The notes under the pieces: model-generated | Database searches by the model: none | What the model saw: only the letters and a program-made list of their open reading frames with translations | Told to the model about the DNA's origin: nothing | In this document: positions 24,771 to 37,592 of the stretch, piece after piece | How the letters are laid out: every line of letters starts with the position of its first letter | How positions within the stretch are numbered: position 1 is the first letter of the stretch | Position numbers and translations under genes: made by a program | Assembly: GCA_964016885.1 (NCBI GenBank) | Contig: OZ024753.1 | Span: 21,700,001-21,764,000, forward strand | DNA length: 64,000 nucleotides | Direction of reading: 5' to 3' | Source: Eledone cirrhosa | Taxonomy: Eukaryota

Positions 24771-26738
24771 GGTGCGGGTGAAATGAATTGAGCTTAGCGG
24801 AAAAGTCTGGATACGGCGTGGTAGGGTCGGAAAGTGCTCTACTACGGGAGTAGGAGCTAGATAACGAAGGAAATGTGGTAAGGAACCAGGTGGACCATAA
24901 CGCACCAAAGTACTCAATACTTGAGGTAGTAGAGTGGGTAATAGGAACCAGTAAGACCCCGACAGCTGAGCTCAAGCCGTTTCGACGGCTAATTCTGGAC
25001 TAAATGAACATTTATCCTGGTATTTAAATAGCCGATCTTCTCAAGGGGTAATTCCATATATGGTCAAAGTGATTGTCAAAAATCAGTAGTAATTCTGTGG
25101 TTGCAAATTAGTAGGGGAGATGGTGGCTAAACCTGCCAGTAGGAGAAAGAGGGGAGGGGGTGGAGTAGACCCAATCAAGCGTTGGTAGTGCCAGCTACAG
25201 CTGGGCATGAGGTCAAAGAAGATACAGGGGAGGGGGAGGGGGAGGAAGTCGGAACGGTAGGTAGAACAATGGGGGGTAAAAATAGGAAAGAAAAAATACT
25301 GAGAGTGAAGAAAAGCAAATAAGTGTAAAGAAAAAATTAAATTCTACGACCTAGGTGTCAGGCTATTGTTAGGCGAGAATAAAATAAAGAAAGAAAGAAA
25401 GAAGTAAATAAATAAATAAATAAATAAATAAGGAAATAAGTAAAAGAACTAGGTGGGACGAATTAGGCAAGGACCCTTTTAAGAGGTATAAGTACGTAAA
25501 TGATACGGTGACTGGTCAACAAAAGGGGCCAAAATACTAAAGAGACTACCACGAAATAAACAATAAAGGTTTCCATCCCGGGCCAGCAACGACCCAGTGC
25601 AGCAAAGTGAACTTGTACGACATAATAATTCTGAGTCCCGGGAAAAATATATACTAATGCTAACTCTAAAAGATCTAAAACAAGCTACATGAAAGTTCGT
25701 ACGAAATAAAGGTAGAATACGGAGAAATAAGTTCAGAATCCACCCCGCCCAGAAGAAAAGCGAAGCAAGAAATACTGAAACGAAAAAATAAGGCATAAGT
25801 GCCACTAAGAAATATAGAGGGCACAGAGAATAGTGGGAGCGGTCGGAAAAGGGGGGCAAGTATCCGGGGTCTAAGCCAACTGCTATAAAGGGCGGAGTCC
25901 GCCAAATCTATCAAAGACTAGGGGAGGGGGGAGTGGGGGTACTAAGGCTACATGGGGCCAAAGTCTCTTTAGTATTTTGGCCCCTTTTGTTGACCAGTCA
26001 CCGTATCATTTACGTACTTATACCTCTTAAAAGGGTCCTTGCCTAATTCGTCCCACCTAGTTCTTTTACTTATTTCCTTATTTATTTATTTATTTATTTA
26101 TTTACTTCTTTCTTTCTTTCTTTATTTTATTCTCGCCTAACAATAGCCTGACACCTAGGTCGTAGAATTTAATTTTTTCTTTACACTTATTTGCTTTTCT
26201 TCACTCTCAGTATTTTTTCTTTCCTATTTTTACCCCCCATTGTTCTACCTACCGTTCCGACTTCCTCCCCCTCCCCCTCCCCTGTATCTTCTTTGACCTC
26301 ATGCCCAGCTGTAGCTGGCACTACCAACGCTTGATTGGGTCTACTCCACCCCCTCCCCTCTTTCTCCTACTGGCAGGTTTAGCCACCATCTCCCCTACTA
26401 ATTTGCAACCACAGAATTACTACTGATTTTTGACAATCACTTTGACCATATATGGAATTACCCCTTGAGAAGATCGGCTATTTAAATACCAGGATAAATG
26501 TTCATTTAGTCCAGAATTAGCCGTCGAAACGGCTTGAGCTCAGCTGTCGGGGTCTTACTGGTTCCTATTACCCACTCTACTACCTCAAGTATTGAGTACT
26601 TTGGTGCGTTATGGTCCACCTGGTTCCTTACCACATTTCCTTCGTTATCTAGCTCCTACTCCCGTAGTAGAGCACTTTCCGACCCTACCACGCCGTATCC
26701 AGACTTTTCCGCTAAGCTCAATTCATTTCACCCGCACC

Positions 26739-28892
26739 ATGCGAAAACACAACATTGACTTCTCTACCAAGAACATCCCAATCCCACCGAAAAAACTTTA
26801 CCTTCGGATGCTCACGCAAAAAATTGATCTATTTGCGAAAAGACTTAGATGGAGAACTTTTTTCTATGACAGATATTGCGACAACCAAGACTTCGGCACC
26901 AAGGAGAGATTCGGATTTATTACCTACAAATCTCCGCCCCTGAACCCCTTGCTCGCACCCTTCGAGAATGACCTCTTCCAACTGGTCAAGAATATTAAAT
27001 TTAAACCCAGACACAACCGATTCCTACAAAAACTCCGTAGCAACTTAACAGAGTATGATAACACAAATGACATCATGGTGCATTCGGATAAAACTGGGAA
27101 CCTATACTTTGTCAACCCTGACAGATACCACACACTGATCAGGAGCAGCCTAAACTCCACCTATAAAAAGGCCAACCACTCTTGCATCGAGGACATAAAT
27201 CGAGATGGACAACAAATCACCTCCAGCCTCGGGGTCGCCGACCGCACGGAACCTCTAGACCCACGGACACCATACTTCACACTGAAGGACCATAAATCCG
27301 ATTTTGACCGTAAACCCTCCATCAGGCTTATTAACCCAACGAAGTCCGACATAGGGAGAATCAGCAAAAAAATCCTAGACCGCGTGATACCAAAAGTCAA
27401 GCAACACACCCGACTTAGCCTATGGATCAACACCCAGGAAGTAATCTCCTGGTTCAGCAATATGGAGGATAAACGAGAAACTAAATTCATACAGTTCGAC
27501 ATAGAGAGCTACTATGCTTCAATCACCTTACCGCTACTTACTGCCGCCTTGGACTTCGCCGAAACACTCGTGCCCATCACCGACCAGGAAAGAAAAATCA
27601 TCCTCCACGCCAGGAAGACAGTCTTACTCTTTGACGACTCTAAATGGATAAAAAGAGCTCCCGACTCACCCTTCGACGTCAGCATGGGCGCCACGGATTC
27701 GGCGGAGGTCACTGATCTTATAGGATTATTCCTAATAGCCAAACTCACTGATATGTTTCCTGCATTCGGTGGTGGATTGTACCGTGATGATGGGCTCCTT
27801 ACCCTTAAAGGGTACAACCCCAGTAGTACAGATCGGGTCCGGAAACAATTAATCAGATTCTTCCGCGACTGGGGATTTAAAATAACCCTACAAACGTCCC
27901 TGACCCGAGTAAACTTCCTGGACGTAACCCTCGACCTCGAAAACGACCTGTACTACCCATACAGGAAACCTAATGACAATCTGCACTACATCCACCGCCG
28001 ATCAAACCATCCTAGGAACATCACAAACAACCTGGTCAAAAACATCTCCCTCCGCGTATCCCGTTTGTCAGCTAATGAGCGGATATTCGATGAACATGCG
28101 CCTTATTACAACCAGGCCCTCAAGCGGAGTGGTTTCCGGGAGGAAATATCCTACTGTCCAGATCCCATTAGCGGAACCAGCAGGAGACACCGCCGCTCAC
28201 GCAATGTAACATGGTTCAATCCTCCCCACAACGCAGAGGTGACTACTCCCATCGGGAAACTATTCTTTAGGCTCATTGAAAAACACTTCCCATTACAACA
28301 CCGCTACCACAACATAATTAACAAAAATACCATCAAACTCTCTTACAGCACTACACCAAACTTCGCACAAAACATCGTCTCCTCTAACAACAAAAAACTC
28401 AACCCCGATGGCAGAAATAACCTAAATAGCAGTGGAGAACCGACCAGGAGGTGTAACTGCCCGGATAGATCTATTTGCCCACTCGACAATAGATGCAGAG
28501 ACCGTAATGTGATCTACCAGTGCAACGTGAGGACGGATACCTCCAACAAAGCCTATATAGGACTTACCGCATGTGACTTCAAGACCCGGCTATACCAACA
28601 TAGACATACCTTCCGAAACCCGGCCCGGCGTCACGCCACTACACTTTCGGGCCACATATGGGACCTCAAGGACAACAACATCACCTATGATCTCACTTGG
28701 AGATTACTGTCCAGAGCCAATTCTTACACGGGAGGACGCCGTCCGTGCAATTTATGCTCGGAGGAAACTTTACAAATGCTGTTTTCGACGGACCAACTCC
28801 TAAACAAGAAAGATGAACTGGTTACTGCATGTAAACATAGATTGCGTAGGACTTACCTCGCCCTCAAACCCCATAATGACCCGGGGGGGTAG
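26739..28892 (+). CDS. PLE reverse transcriptase + GIY-YIG endonuclease (717 aa)
   Basis: Same motifs as the minus copy; differs by two residues (I/V and N/K); intact. Confidence 0.95.
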   Translation: MRKHNIDFSTKNIPIPPKKLYLRMLTQKIDLFAKRLRWRTFFYDRYCDNQDFGTKERFGFITYKSPPLNPLLAPFENDLFQLVKNIKFKPRHNRFLQKLRSNLTEYDNTNDIMVHSDKTGNLYFVNPDRYHTLIRSSLNSTYKKANHSCIEDINRDGQQITSSLGVADRTEPLDPRTPYFTLKDHKSDFDRKPSIRLINPTKSDIGRISKKILDRVIPKVKQHTRLSLWINTQEVISWFSNMEDKRETKFIQFDIESYYASITLPLLTAALDFAETLVPITDQERKIILHARKTVLLFDDSKWIKRAPDSPFDVSMGATDSAEVTDLIGLFLIAKLTDMFPAFGGGLYRDDGLLTLKGYNPSSTDRVRKQLIRFFRDWGFKITLQTSLTRVNFLDVTLDLENDLYYPYRKPNDNLHYIHRRSNHPRNITNNLVKNISLRVSRLSANERIFDEHAPYYNQALKRSGFREEISYCPDPISGTSRRHRRSRNVTWFNPPHNAEVTTPIGKLFFRLIEKHFPLQHRYHNIINKNTIKLSYSTTPNFAQNIVSSNNKKLNPDGRNNLNSSGEPTRRCNCPDRSICPLDNRCRDRNVIYQCNVRTDTSNKAYIGLTACDFKTRLYQHRHTFRNPARRHATTLSGHIWDLKDNNITYDLTWRLLSRANSYTGGRRPCNLCSEETLQMLFSTDQLLNKKDELVTACKHRLRRTYLALKPHNDPGG

Positions 28893-29991
28893 ACTAGGGC
28901 TATAACACCCCAGTTGCCGATTTTGCAATGGGTAACCCCTGCTTGCCAAGGAAGACGTAAGATCTTCTTTGTATTCTTTTATCGCATCCTTTATTTCCTT
29001 CCCCCCTCTCTCCTTTGTCCTTCTACCCCAGCTCTTCTCCTTTGTCGGCGTCTTTTCTCGCCCACCCGAGGCTGCCCTTTGGCCCCATGTAGCCTTAGTA
29101 CCCCCACTCCCCCCTCCCCTAGTCTTTGATAGATTTGGCGGACTCCGCCCTTTATAGCAGTTGGCTTAGACCCCGGATACTTGCCCCCCTTTTCCGACCG
29201 CTCCCACTATTCTCTGTGCCCTCTATATTTCTTAGTGGCACTTATGCCTTATTTTTTCGTTTCAGTATTTCTTGCTTCGCTTTTCTTCTGGGCGGGGTGG
29301 ATTCTGAACTTATTTCTCCGTATTCTACCTTTATTTCGTACGAACTTTCATGTAGCTTGTTTTAGATCTTTTAGAGTTAGCATTAGTATATATTTTTCCC
29401 GGGACTCAGAATTATTATGTCGTACAAGTTCACTTTGCTGCACTGGGTCGTTGCTGGCCCGGGATGGAAACCTTTATTGTTTATTTCGTGGTAGTCTCTT
29501 TAGTATTTTGGCCCCTTTTGTTGACCAGTCACCGTATCATTTACGTACTTATACCTCTTAAAAGGGTCCTTGCCTAATTCGTCCCACCTAGTTCTTTTAC
29601 TTATTTCCTTATTTATTTATTTATTTATTTATTTACTTCTTTCTTTCTTTCTTTATTTTATTCTCGCCTAACAATAGCCTGACACCTAGGTCGTAGAATT
29701 TAATTTTTTCTTTACACTTATTTGCTTTTCTTCACTCTCAGTATTTTTTCTTTCCTATTTTTACCCCCCATTGTTCTACCTACCGTTCCGACTTCCTCCC
29801 CCTCCCCCTCCCCTGTATCTTCTTTGACCTCATGCCCAGCTGTAGCTGGCACTACCAACGCTTGATTGGGTCTACTCCACCCCCTCCCCTCTTTCTCCTA
29901 CTGGCAGGTTTAGCCACCATCTCCCCTACTAATTTGCAACCACAGAATTACTACTGATTTTTGACAATCACTTTGACCATATATGGAATTA

Positions 29992-30070
29992 CCCCTTGAG
30001 AAGATCGGCTATTTAAATACCAGGATAAATGTTCATTTAGTCCAGAATTAGCCGTCGAAACGGCTTGAGC
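29992..30070 (+). ncRNA. Candidate hammerhead, U3-A8 core with long stem II (copies 26461-26539 plus; 21439-21517 and 24970-25048 minus)
   Basis: TTGAGAA; stem II ga(t)cggcta/tagccgtc extended by taaat/attta; GAAA-CGGC-UU; stem I is weak (cccc/gagc). Confidence 0.5.
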
Positions 30071-30194
30071 TCAGCTGTCGGGGTCTTACTGGTTCCTATT
30101 ACCCACTCTACTACCTCAAGTATTGAGTACTTTGGTGCGTTATGGTCCACCTGGTTCCTTACCACATTTCCTTCGTTATATATATATATATATA

Positions 30195-31115
30195 GATCCA
30201 CTGCAGCAGCTTTCAGTCAGACCTACTGGCTGTTACCCAATGGGCGGAAAAGAACAACATGTTACTGAACGAAGACGAATTCGAACTGATCTACTTTGGA
30301 AAAGAGGATGCTCTGAAACTCCCGTACTCCCTTCCCTCCGGGGAAACTCTCGTGGCATCTAACAACATCAGAGACTTCGGAGTAACTGTGGACAGCAACA
30401 TAAGCTGGGCCACGCATATAAGCAGCAAAGTTGACATGGCCCGCAGAATGTGTTCCTGGATCCTCAGAACCTTCCAGTCGAGAAATTCCCACACCATTAT
30501 CCTTCTCTTCTCTACTTTTGCCCGACCACACCTTGAATACTGTTGTCCACTGTGGTCTCCCCACACGAAACAAAGTATCATGAAACTTGAAGCTCCTCAA
30601 AGGGCAATCACGAAAAAGATAGATGGCATGTCAGACCTTGACTACTGGGGTCGACTAGAAAAGCTGAAACTTTACTCACTCCAACGTCGCCGTGAGCGTT
30701 ATATTATCTGCATGATGTGGAAAATGTTCCATCATCACTGCCCAAATGATGTTGGCATCGCCTTCAAGATACACCCAAGGCTTGGGCCCCGTGCTATCCG
30801 TCCCATACAAAAATCTAAATCGCAACTCATAACAACAATACGGCACAATTATTTCACCTCAATTGGCCCTGCTCTCTTCAACATCACACCAGGACACGTC
30901 AAAACAGAAACTGACCACACAAAATTCAAGAAGTCTTTGGACAAATTCCTCCAAGTAATCTTTGACAAACCACCCACACCCGGATATGTCTCCGCAAACA
31001 GTAATTCTCTTCTCGAATGGGCCATGGTGCCCAAATCCTGAATTGAAAGACTTCGCCAGGTGGTGCTAATAAGTTAGACATGGCCTGGGCCAATACTAGC
31101 CAAAACATTTCAAAG

Positions 31116-31118
<3 letters not shown>
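30195..31118 (+). mobile_element. 5'-truncated copy of the CR1-group LINE with a short 5' inversion
   Basis: ORF 30259-31041 nearly identical to the C-terminus of the 12741-15761 protein; same 3' end; first 20 nt inverted. Confidence 0.9.
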
Positions 31119-31177
<59 letters not shown>

Positions 31178-33519
31178 GTGTATATATATATATATAGAGA
31201 GAGAGATATTTTGAGTATATGTTGGTTGTATACCAACACCTAGTATGCAGCTGGAGCACTCGACGAAGTGCGCAGGTTGGTTTGGTTACTCCGGAGTAAT
31301 GTAAAATAAAGTTAAATAAAAAGTCGAATGTTTAAAATTTAGCTTCGTTTATTGCTGCTATATATATTTCAGTGACAGCTATCTTTGGCTGTGACCTCTT
31401 CAGGCAGTTTGAATTAGTATGGTATAGACAAGTACATATGTTGTTGAGGTGTATAATATTGTCAATACTCTGATATGCACAGTTCCTGGTTGGGTTGTTA
31501 TTTCACTGAGGAACTGGAATCATATGAATTCAAACAAACGAATTTCAGTGTCAAAGGGCCTCTTCTCCTCTCATTGGTCAGTTGTTAGAACATTCCTCAT
31601 TCTAAGTGTTGTTATTGTTGGAGTTAGCTTAAAAAATTGATAAAGTGGTAGAAGGGACAAGGTGTTAAAGGAACAAAATAACAAAAGAAGTGTCAAACTT
31701 CCCATTGGTCAATTCCGAGAGCATTGCTCAGTCAGAAGTCTATAGAATTCTTTCTGGGGTGAGGCTCCCTGTAGTGGTTGTGTTTGCTATTGTTAAGTAC
31801 ATTTGAACTCTACCATTATTTTGGTAGTGTTGTTGGTGTTGTGGTCAGCTTATATCTTGCTTCTGTTGACAAGTTAGAAGTATCTGTGTGTGATTTTTAT
31901 TCATCCCTCCTGCCACCATCTCTCATAGTGGTGGTAGGGGGGGGGGGTTCTTCCATGTATATGAAGAAATATAAGGCAATAAATGAAGAAAACAGAAAAT
32001 AAATAATATAATTTGTATAATTTGAAAATAAATAATAAATAGAGAATAAAGAATATAGAATAAATGAAAAATTGGTGAAAAAGTAATGAAAATGAATATG
32101 GAGAATTGAAAAATAAAATGAAGATTCAAATAAAGTAGGATAAAGTGTGTGTGTGCTAATCTCAAGGTCAGAATTATGTTGGATAGATTGGTTTAAGGAA
32201 CAAGATGTTAAAATAAGATAATCAAACAAAATGTGTTTGTGTAATAATCAATCTCAACTTAAAAATAAATATAAGGTGATACAGTGAAGAGGGCAGAAAA
32301 CAAATAACAAATTAATAAAGAGAAATCAAGATTTAAAATTGGGACTTGAAAGTCAGAAATCAAGTAAATTAAAATGTGTTTGTGTTATATAGATGTTGGC
32401 CAAATTATAATGGCTGTGTCCGATTCAATCTCTAGGCTATCATGGTGTCTGCTCAGCCTGGGTTGTTCCCTATGGCTTGAGGAGTGTTCACAGCCTAGGG
32501 TGTTGTTACTGCCCATATAGCTTGAGGGAGGTCTGGTTGAGAGGTGTTTACATGTTCAGTAGAAGTCCCTATAGCTTGAGGGGAGTTCACATCTTCTTGT
32601 GTTGCTACTGTCCATATATCTTAAGGAAGGTCCCGGCTCTAAGGTGTCTGCATGTCCCCAAGAAGTCGGTTCTGAGGTTTATCAGGCCGCTTCCACCTCT
32701 TAGTATCTCGAGGGTCTCGTTCGGGCATAGTTTGCATAGTCAAGATCCCCCTTTATCGCGTGGTACTTTCCTGATTATGTACCAGGCCAGAGAGTACGGG
32801 GTCCTGTCAAGCTTAAGCTTCCTGATCAGGTCGGAGAGAGCCGTGCTTTTCCTTTTGGCCTCCTTATTGAATGAATGGCGATGGTTGTACCAGCGGTCTT
32901 TAAAGCTCGTTGATGTGGCTCCTATGTAGAGGTGTTCGGAGTTGGGGGTTTTAACCCTACAACCGTATACTAGGTTCTTCTTGAGGCATTCATTACCAAG
33001 GGGGCATGATTCGGGGTTTCTGCAGTTGCAGAGGGTGGTCGACCTCTGCGTGCCTAGATTAGGGTTCCCGTTATGTGTTACATGTTGGTCTTCCACCAGG
33101 CACGGTGGGGGGTCCCCGGGTCTGTTTGGGTTTCTTGGGTGGGCTCTGGGTCCCCCATTCCCACCTTTCACATGGTTCTGCTGAGTGTTTGTATTGCCAT
33201 CTTCTGGTTGTGTGTGGTTTTTAAGCCTACTCCTGTTCATGCTAGCTATGTGTTGGGCCAGATTTCTCGTGGTAGAATACGAGAGCTTCACAGTGTGTCT
33301 GTTGAAGATCCTGTGGTATCTGTGGTCCCTCGGGAAGCACTTATCAAGTGCTCCAAAGATGTATTTTACATTACTCCGGAGTAACCAAACCAACCTGCGC
33401 ACTTCGTCGAGGGCTCCAGCCTGCATACTGAGGTGTTGGTATACAACCAACATATACTCAAAATCCATCTAGCTCCCACACTGGTTGAGCGCTTCAAACA
33501 GTAGCGGACTTAAGTCACT

Positions 33520-36197
33520 ATGGATAAACTGGCAACCTTAGCGTCACTGAAGGACATCCCCCTACCTGACAAACGAGAATACACCAGTGATCTCATCAAG
33601 AGTACGGACTCCCTCGTCCGTAGGATGAGATGGAAGGCGTTCCACTTCGAAACAGGAACGCAGAAAATTACCAACACACAAAACATGGAGTACCTTTTTC
33701 GATCAAGGAGGAATCCCCCCCCCCCCACAACAGACTAATGGAGGAGTTTGAAAACGAGATGATTAACATCACATCCAACCTCAAATTCTCCGGAAACCCA
33801 ACCAGAAGTCAGGAGTACCTCAGACACCCGAGAAACCGGATTACTGTACTTAAAGAGACAACTGGAATACTTGTCCATGCTGACAAAACAAACAACCTCT
33901 ACAACATGAACACTGAACTGTACAATAAGCTAATCCTCAGGGAACTGAGGAAGTGCTACAAAAAAACACCTGGATTTACCCTGGATGAGATCAATACCAC
34001 AGCTTACAGGATTATATCTAGAATCGGCATAGAGGACAGGACGGCCCCATACCAACCAAGGGAGCCGCGGATTACCCTTAAAGATCACAAGCCAAACTTT
34101 GAGTTTGACCTCCCTGTCAGACTAATAGCCCCCTCCAGTTCTGACCTAGATATCGTCAGTAAAAGAATACTGGATAGGATTTTGCCCAAGCTTCGGAAGA
34201 AAACTAAATTACAGCAATGGTCATGCACGGGAGAAGTAATAGAATGGTTTAAAATACTGCATGAGAAAAGTAGGACCAGCTTTATACAACTGGACATCAC
34301 AAGCAACTACTCCTCAATCTCACCCATAGTACTTAATAAGGCCCTATTTTTAGCGATGTCCAATACGGACCTAACCCGAGAGGAGGTGAGCATCATCCAC
34401 GCCGCAAGAAAGACCTTAATCCGTTTCGATGGAGACCTTTGGACCAGGAGTGATTGGCCAAATAACTTTGACATGACGATGGGCTCCAGCGACTCAGCAC
34501 AGGTAACGGACCTGGTTGGGCTCTACCTGCTGAAGCAGATAAAAGATGAAATCCCCTGCCTGGGCGGTGGATTATACCGTGACGTTGCTCTATTCACAGT
34601 ATATGACCACAGCACCAATATGTTGGAGGGAATGAGGAGACGTATTCGCCATTTCTTTAAGAACCAGGGGCTCAGCATAGAAATAGACCCAAATAGGAAG
34701 GTAGTTAACTTCCTAGACACCACACTAAACCTGAACACCGAACAATACTAACCCTATCACAAGCCCAACGAGAAACTCGTATATGTTAACGCCAAATCAA
34801 ACCACCCTAGATCCATAACCAAGGCAGTGGTGAAGAGTGTCTCGGACAGGATCTCCAGCCTGTCCGCAAGTAAGGAAATATTCAATAACCACGCGGAATA
34901 TTACAACGCAGCTCTAAAGAAGGCGGCATATGGCCAAAATATAACATATAGTCCGAAACGCCGGGATGGGGATAGCCTAACAGACACCCACACCCGCGTT
35001 GCCCGGGGGGGGCGAACCCTAACAATACAGGCAGAGCAGAAACAAATGGGCACCATGTGCCCGACACCACCACACGGGCGGTGGTGACTAGTACGCTTAA
35101 CCACGAGACGAAACACAATATGAGTAACAGTCTCAGGGGTGACGCTAACCACCCCAAGACCGACGACCCCAACCGCAGGACACGTAGGGGGTGGGGAAAC
35201 GGGGGACCACCCCACGATAGATCTCTCGGCGCGGGCAACGACCACCCCACAGATTCCGGCCGTGAAGATAACAAAAAGCATAGCGCCCAAAGGGGAAGCA
35301 ACAGTGCGGAAACCACCAGCAACCCAACAAATCTCCAACAAATCACGACGCCCCCGACCCACACATACAGGAGGAGACACCAAAAAATCACGTGGCACAA
35401 CCCACCCTACTCAGCGGCCCTAAAGAACAGCTTGGCCCAATCATTCTTTGGAGCACTTGATAAATGCTACCCGAGGGACCACAGATACCACAGGATCTTC
35501 AACAGACACACTGTGAAGCTCTCGTATTCCACCACGAGAAATCTGGCCCAACACATAGCTAGCATCAACAGGAGTAGGCTTAAAAACCACACACAACCAG
35601 AAAATGGCAATACAAACACTCAGCAGAACCATGTGAAAGGAGGGAAGGGGGACCCAGAGCCCACCCAAGAAACCCAAACAGACCCGGGGACCCCCCACCG
35701 TGCCTGGTGGAAGACCAACATGTAACACATACCGGGAACCCTAATCTAGGCACGCAGAGGTCGACCACCCTCTGCAACTGCAGAAACCCCGAATCATGCC
35801 CCCTTGGTAATGAATGCCTCAAGAAGAACCTAGTATACGGTTGTAGGGTTAAAACCCCCAACTCCGAACACCTCTACATAGGAGCCACATCAACGAGCTT
35901 TAAAGACCGCTGGTACAACCATCGCCATTCATTCAATAAGGAGGCCAAAAGGAAAAGCACGGCTCTCTCCGACCTGATCTGGAAGCTTAAGCTGGACAGG
36001 ACCCCGTACTCTCTGGCCTGGTAATAATCAGGAAAGTACCACGCGATAAAGGGGGATCTTGCATATGCAAACTATGCCTGAACGAGACCCTCGAGATACT
36101 AAGAGGTGGAAGCGGCCTGATAAACCTCAGAACCGACTTCTTGGGGACATGCAGACACCTTAGAGACGGGACCTTCCTTAAGATATATGGACAGTAG
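33520..36197 (+). pseudogene. Decayed PLE RT-GIY-YIG ORF
   Basis: DKT, MGSSDSAQV, YRDV (mutated YRDD), NFLDT, CNCR..CPL..CL, LVY..YIG; frameshifts at homopolymer runs and in-frame stops. Confidence 0.9.
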
Positions 36198-37539
36198 CAA
36201 CACAAGAAGATGTGAACTCCCCTCAAGCTATAGGGACTTCTACTGAACAAGTAAACACCTCTCAGCCAGATCTCCCTGAAGCTATATGGGCAGTAACAAC
36301 ACCCTAGGTTGTGAACTCCCCTCAAGCCATAGGGAACAACCCAGGCTGAGCAGACACCATGATAGCCTAAGGATTGAATCGGACACAGCCATTATAATTT
36401 GGCCAACATCTATATAACACAAACACATTTTAATTTACTTGATTTCTGACTTTCAAGTCCCAATTTTAAATCTTGATTTCTCTTTATTAATTTGTTATTT
36501 GTTTTCTGCCCTCTTCACTGTATCACCTTATATTTATTTTTAAGTTGAGATTGATTATTACACAAACACATTTTAATTTACTTGATTTCTGACTTTCAAG
36601 TCCCAATTTTAAATCTTGATTTCTCTTTATTAATTTGTTATTTGTTTTCTGCCCTCTTCACTGTATCACCTTATATTTATTTTTAAGTTGAGATTGATTA
36701 TTACACAAACACATTTTGTTTGATTATCTTATTTTAACATCTTGTTCCTCATACCAATCTATCCAACATATTTCTAACCTTGAGATTAGCACACACACAC
36801 TTTATCCTACTTTATTTGAATCTTCATTTTATTTTTCACTTCTCCATATTCATTTTCATTACTTTTTCACCAATTTTTCATTTATTCTATATTCTTTATT
36901 CTCTATTTATTATTTATTTTCAAATTATACAAATTATATTATTTATTTTCTGTTTTCTTCATTTATTGCCTTATATTTCTTCATAAACATGGAAGAACCC
37001 CCCCTCCCACTACCACCACTATGAGAGATGGTGGCAGGAGGGATGAAGAAAAATCACATACAGATACTTCTAACTTGTCAACAGAAGCAAGATATAAGCT
37101 GACCACAACACCAACAACACTACCAAAATAATGGTAGAGTTCAAATGTACTTAACAATAGCAAACACAACCACTACAGGGAGCCTCACCCCAGAAAGAAT
37201 TCTATAGACTTCTGACTGAGCAATGCTCTCGGAATTGACCAATGGGAAGTTTGACACTTCTTTTGTTATTTTGTTCCTTTAACACCTTGTCCCTTCTACC
37301 ACTTTATCAATTTTTTAAGCTAACTCCAACAATAACAACACTTAGAATGAGGAATGTTCTAACAACTGACCAATGAGAGGAGAAGAGGCCCTTTGACACT
37401 GAAATTCGTTTGTTTGAATTCATATGATTCCAGTTCCTCAGTGAAATAACAACCCAACCAGGAACTGTGCATATCAGCGTATTGACAATATTATACACCT
37501 CAACAACATATGTACTTGTCTATACCACACTAATTAAAA

Positions 37540-37592
37540 CTGCCTGAAGAGGTCACAGCCAAAGATGGCTGTCACTGAAATATATATAGCAG
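37540..37592 (+). ncRNA. Type I minimal hammerhead ribozyme in pLTR (mirror copy 31355-31407, minus)
   Basis: Same fold as 6331-6383. Confidence 0.8.

Larger units (their letters stand above)
21411..30178. mobile_element. Head-to-head pair of full-length Penelope-like elements (Naiad-type) with pseudo-LTRs
   Basis: Mirror arms 21411-25546/25963-30098; 3531-bp monomer periodicity in each arm; ~80-nt tail on the right arm only; (TA)n flanks. Confidence 0.95.

Noticed and set aside
26592-26738. TTG-initiated 49-aa N-terminal extension of the PLE ORF
   Set aside because: It lies partly in the pLTR tail, and similarity to the second Naiad-type ORF begins near the ATG at 26739.
26739-28960. Selenocysteine-recoding Naiad
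   Set aside because: The intact ORFs have no in-frame TGA and all conserved Cys use TGY. The TGA in the 58.4-kb remnant aligns with a Lys/Arg position and is likely CpG decay.
21411-30178. Pure assembly or read fold-back artefact
   Set aside because: The arms differ by several substitutions, the centre is asymmetric, and the outer breakpoints recur in an independent copy at 3017. Not fully excluded without raw reads.
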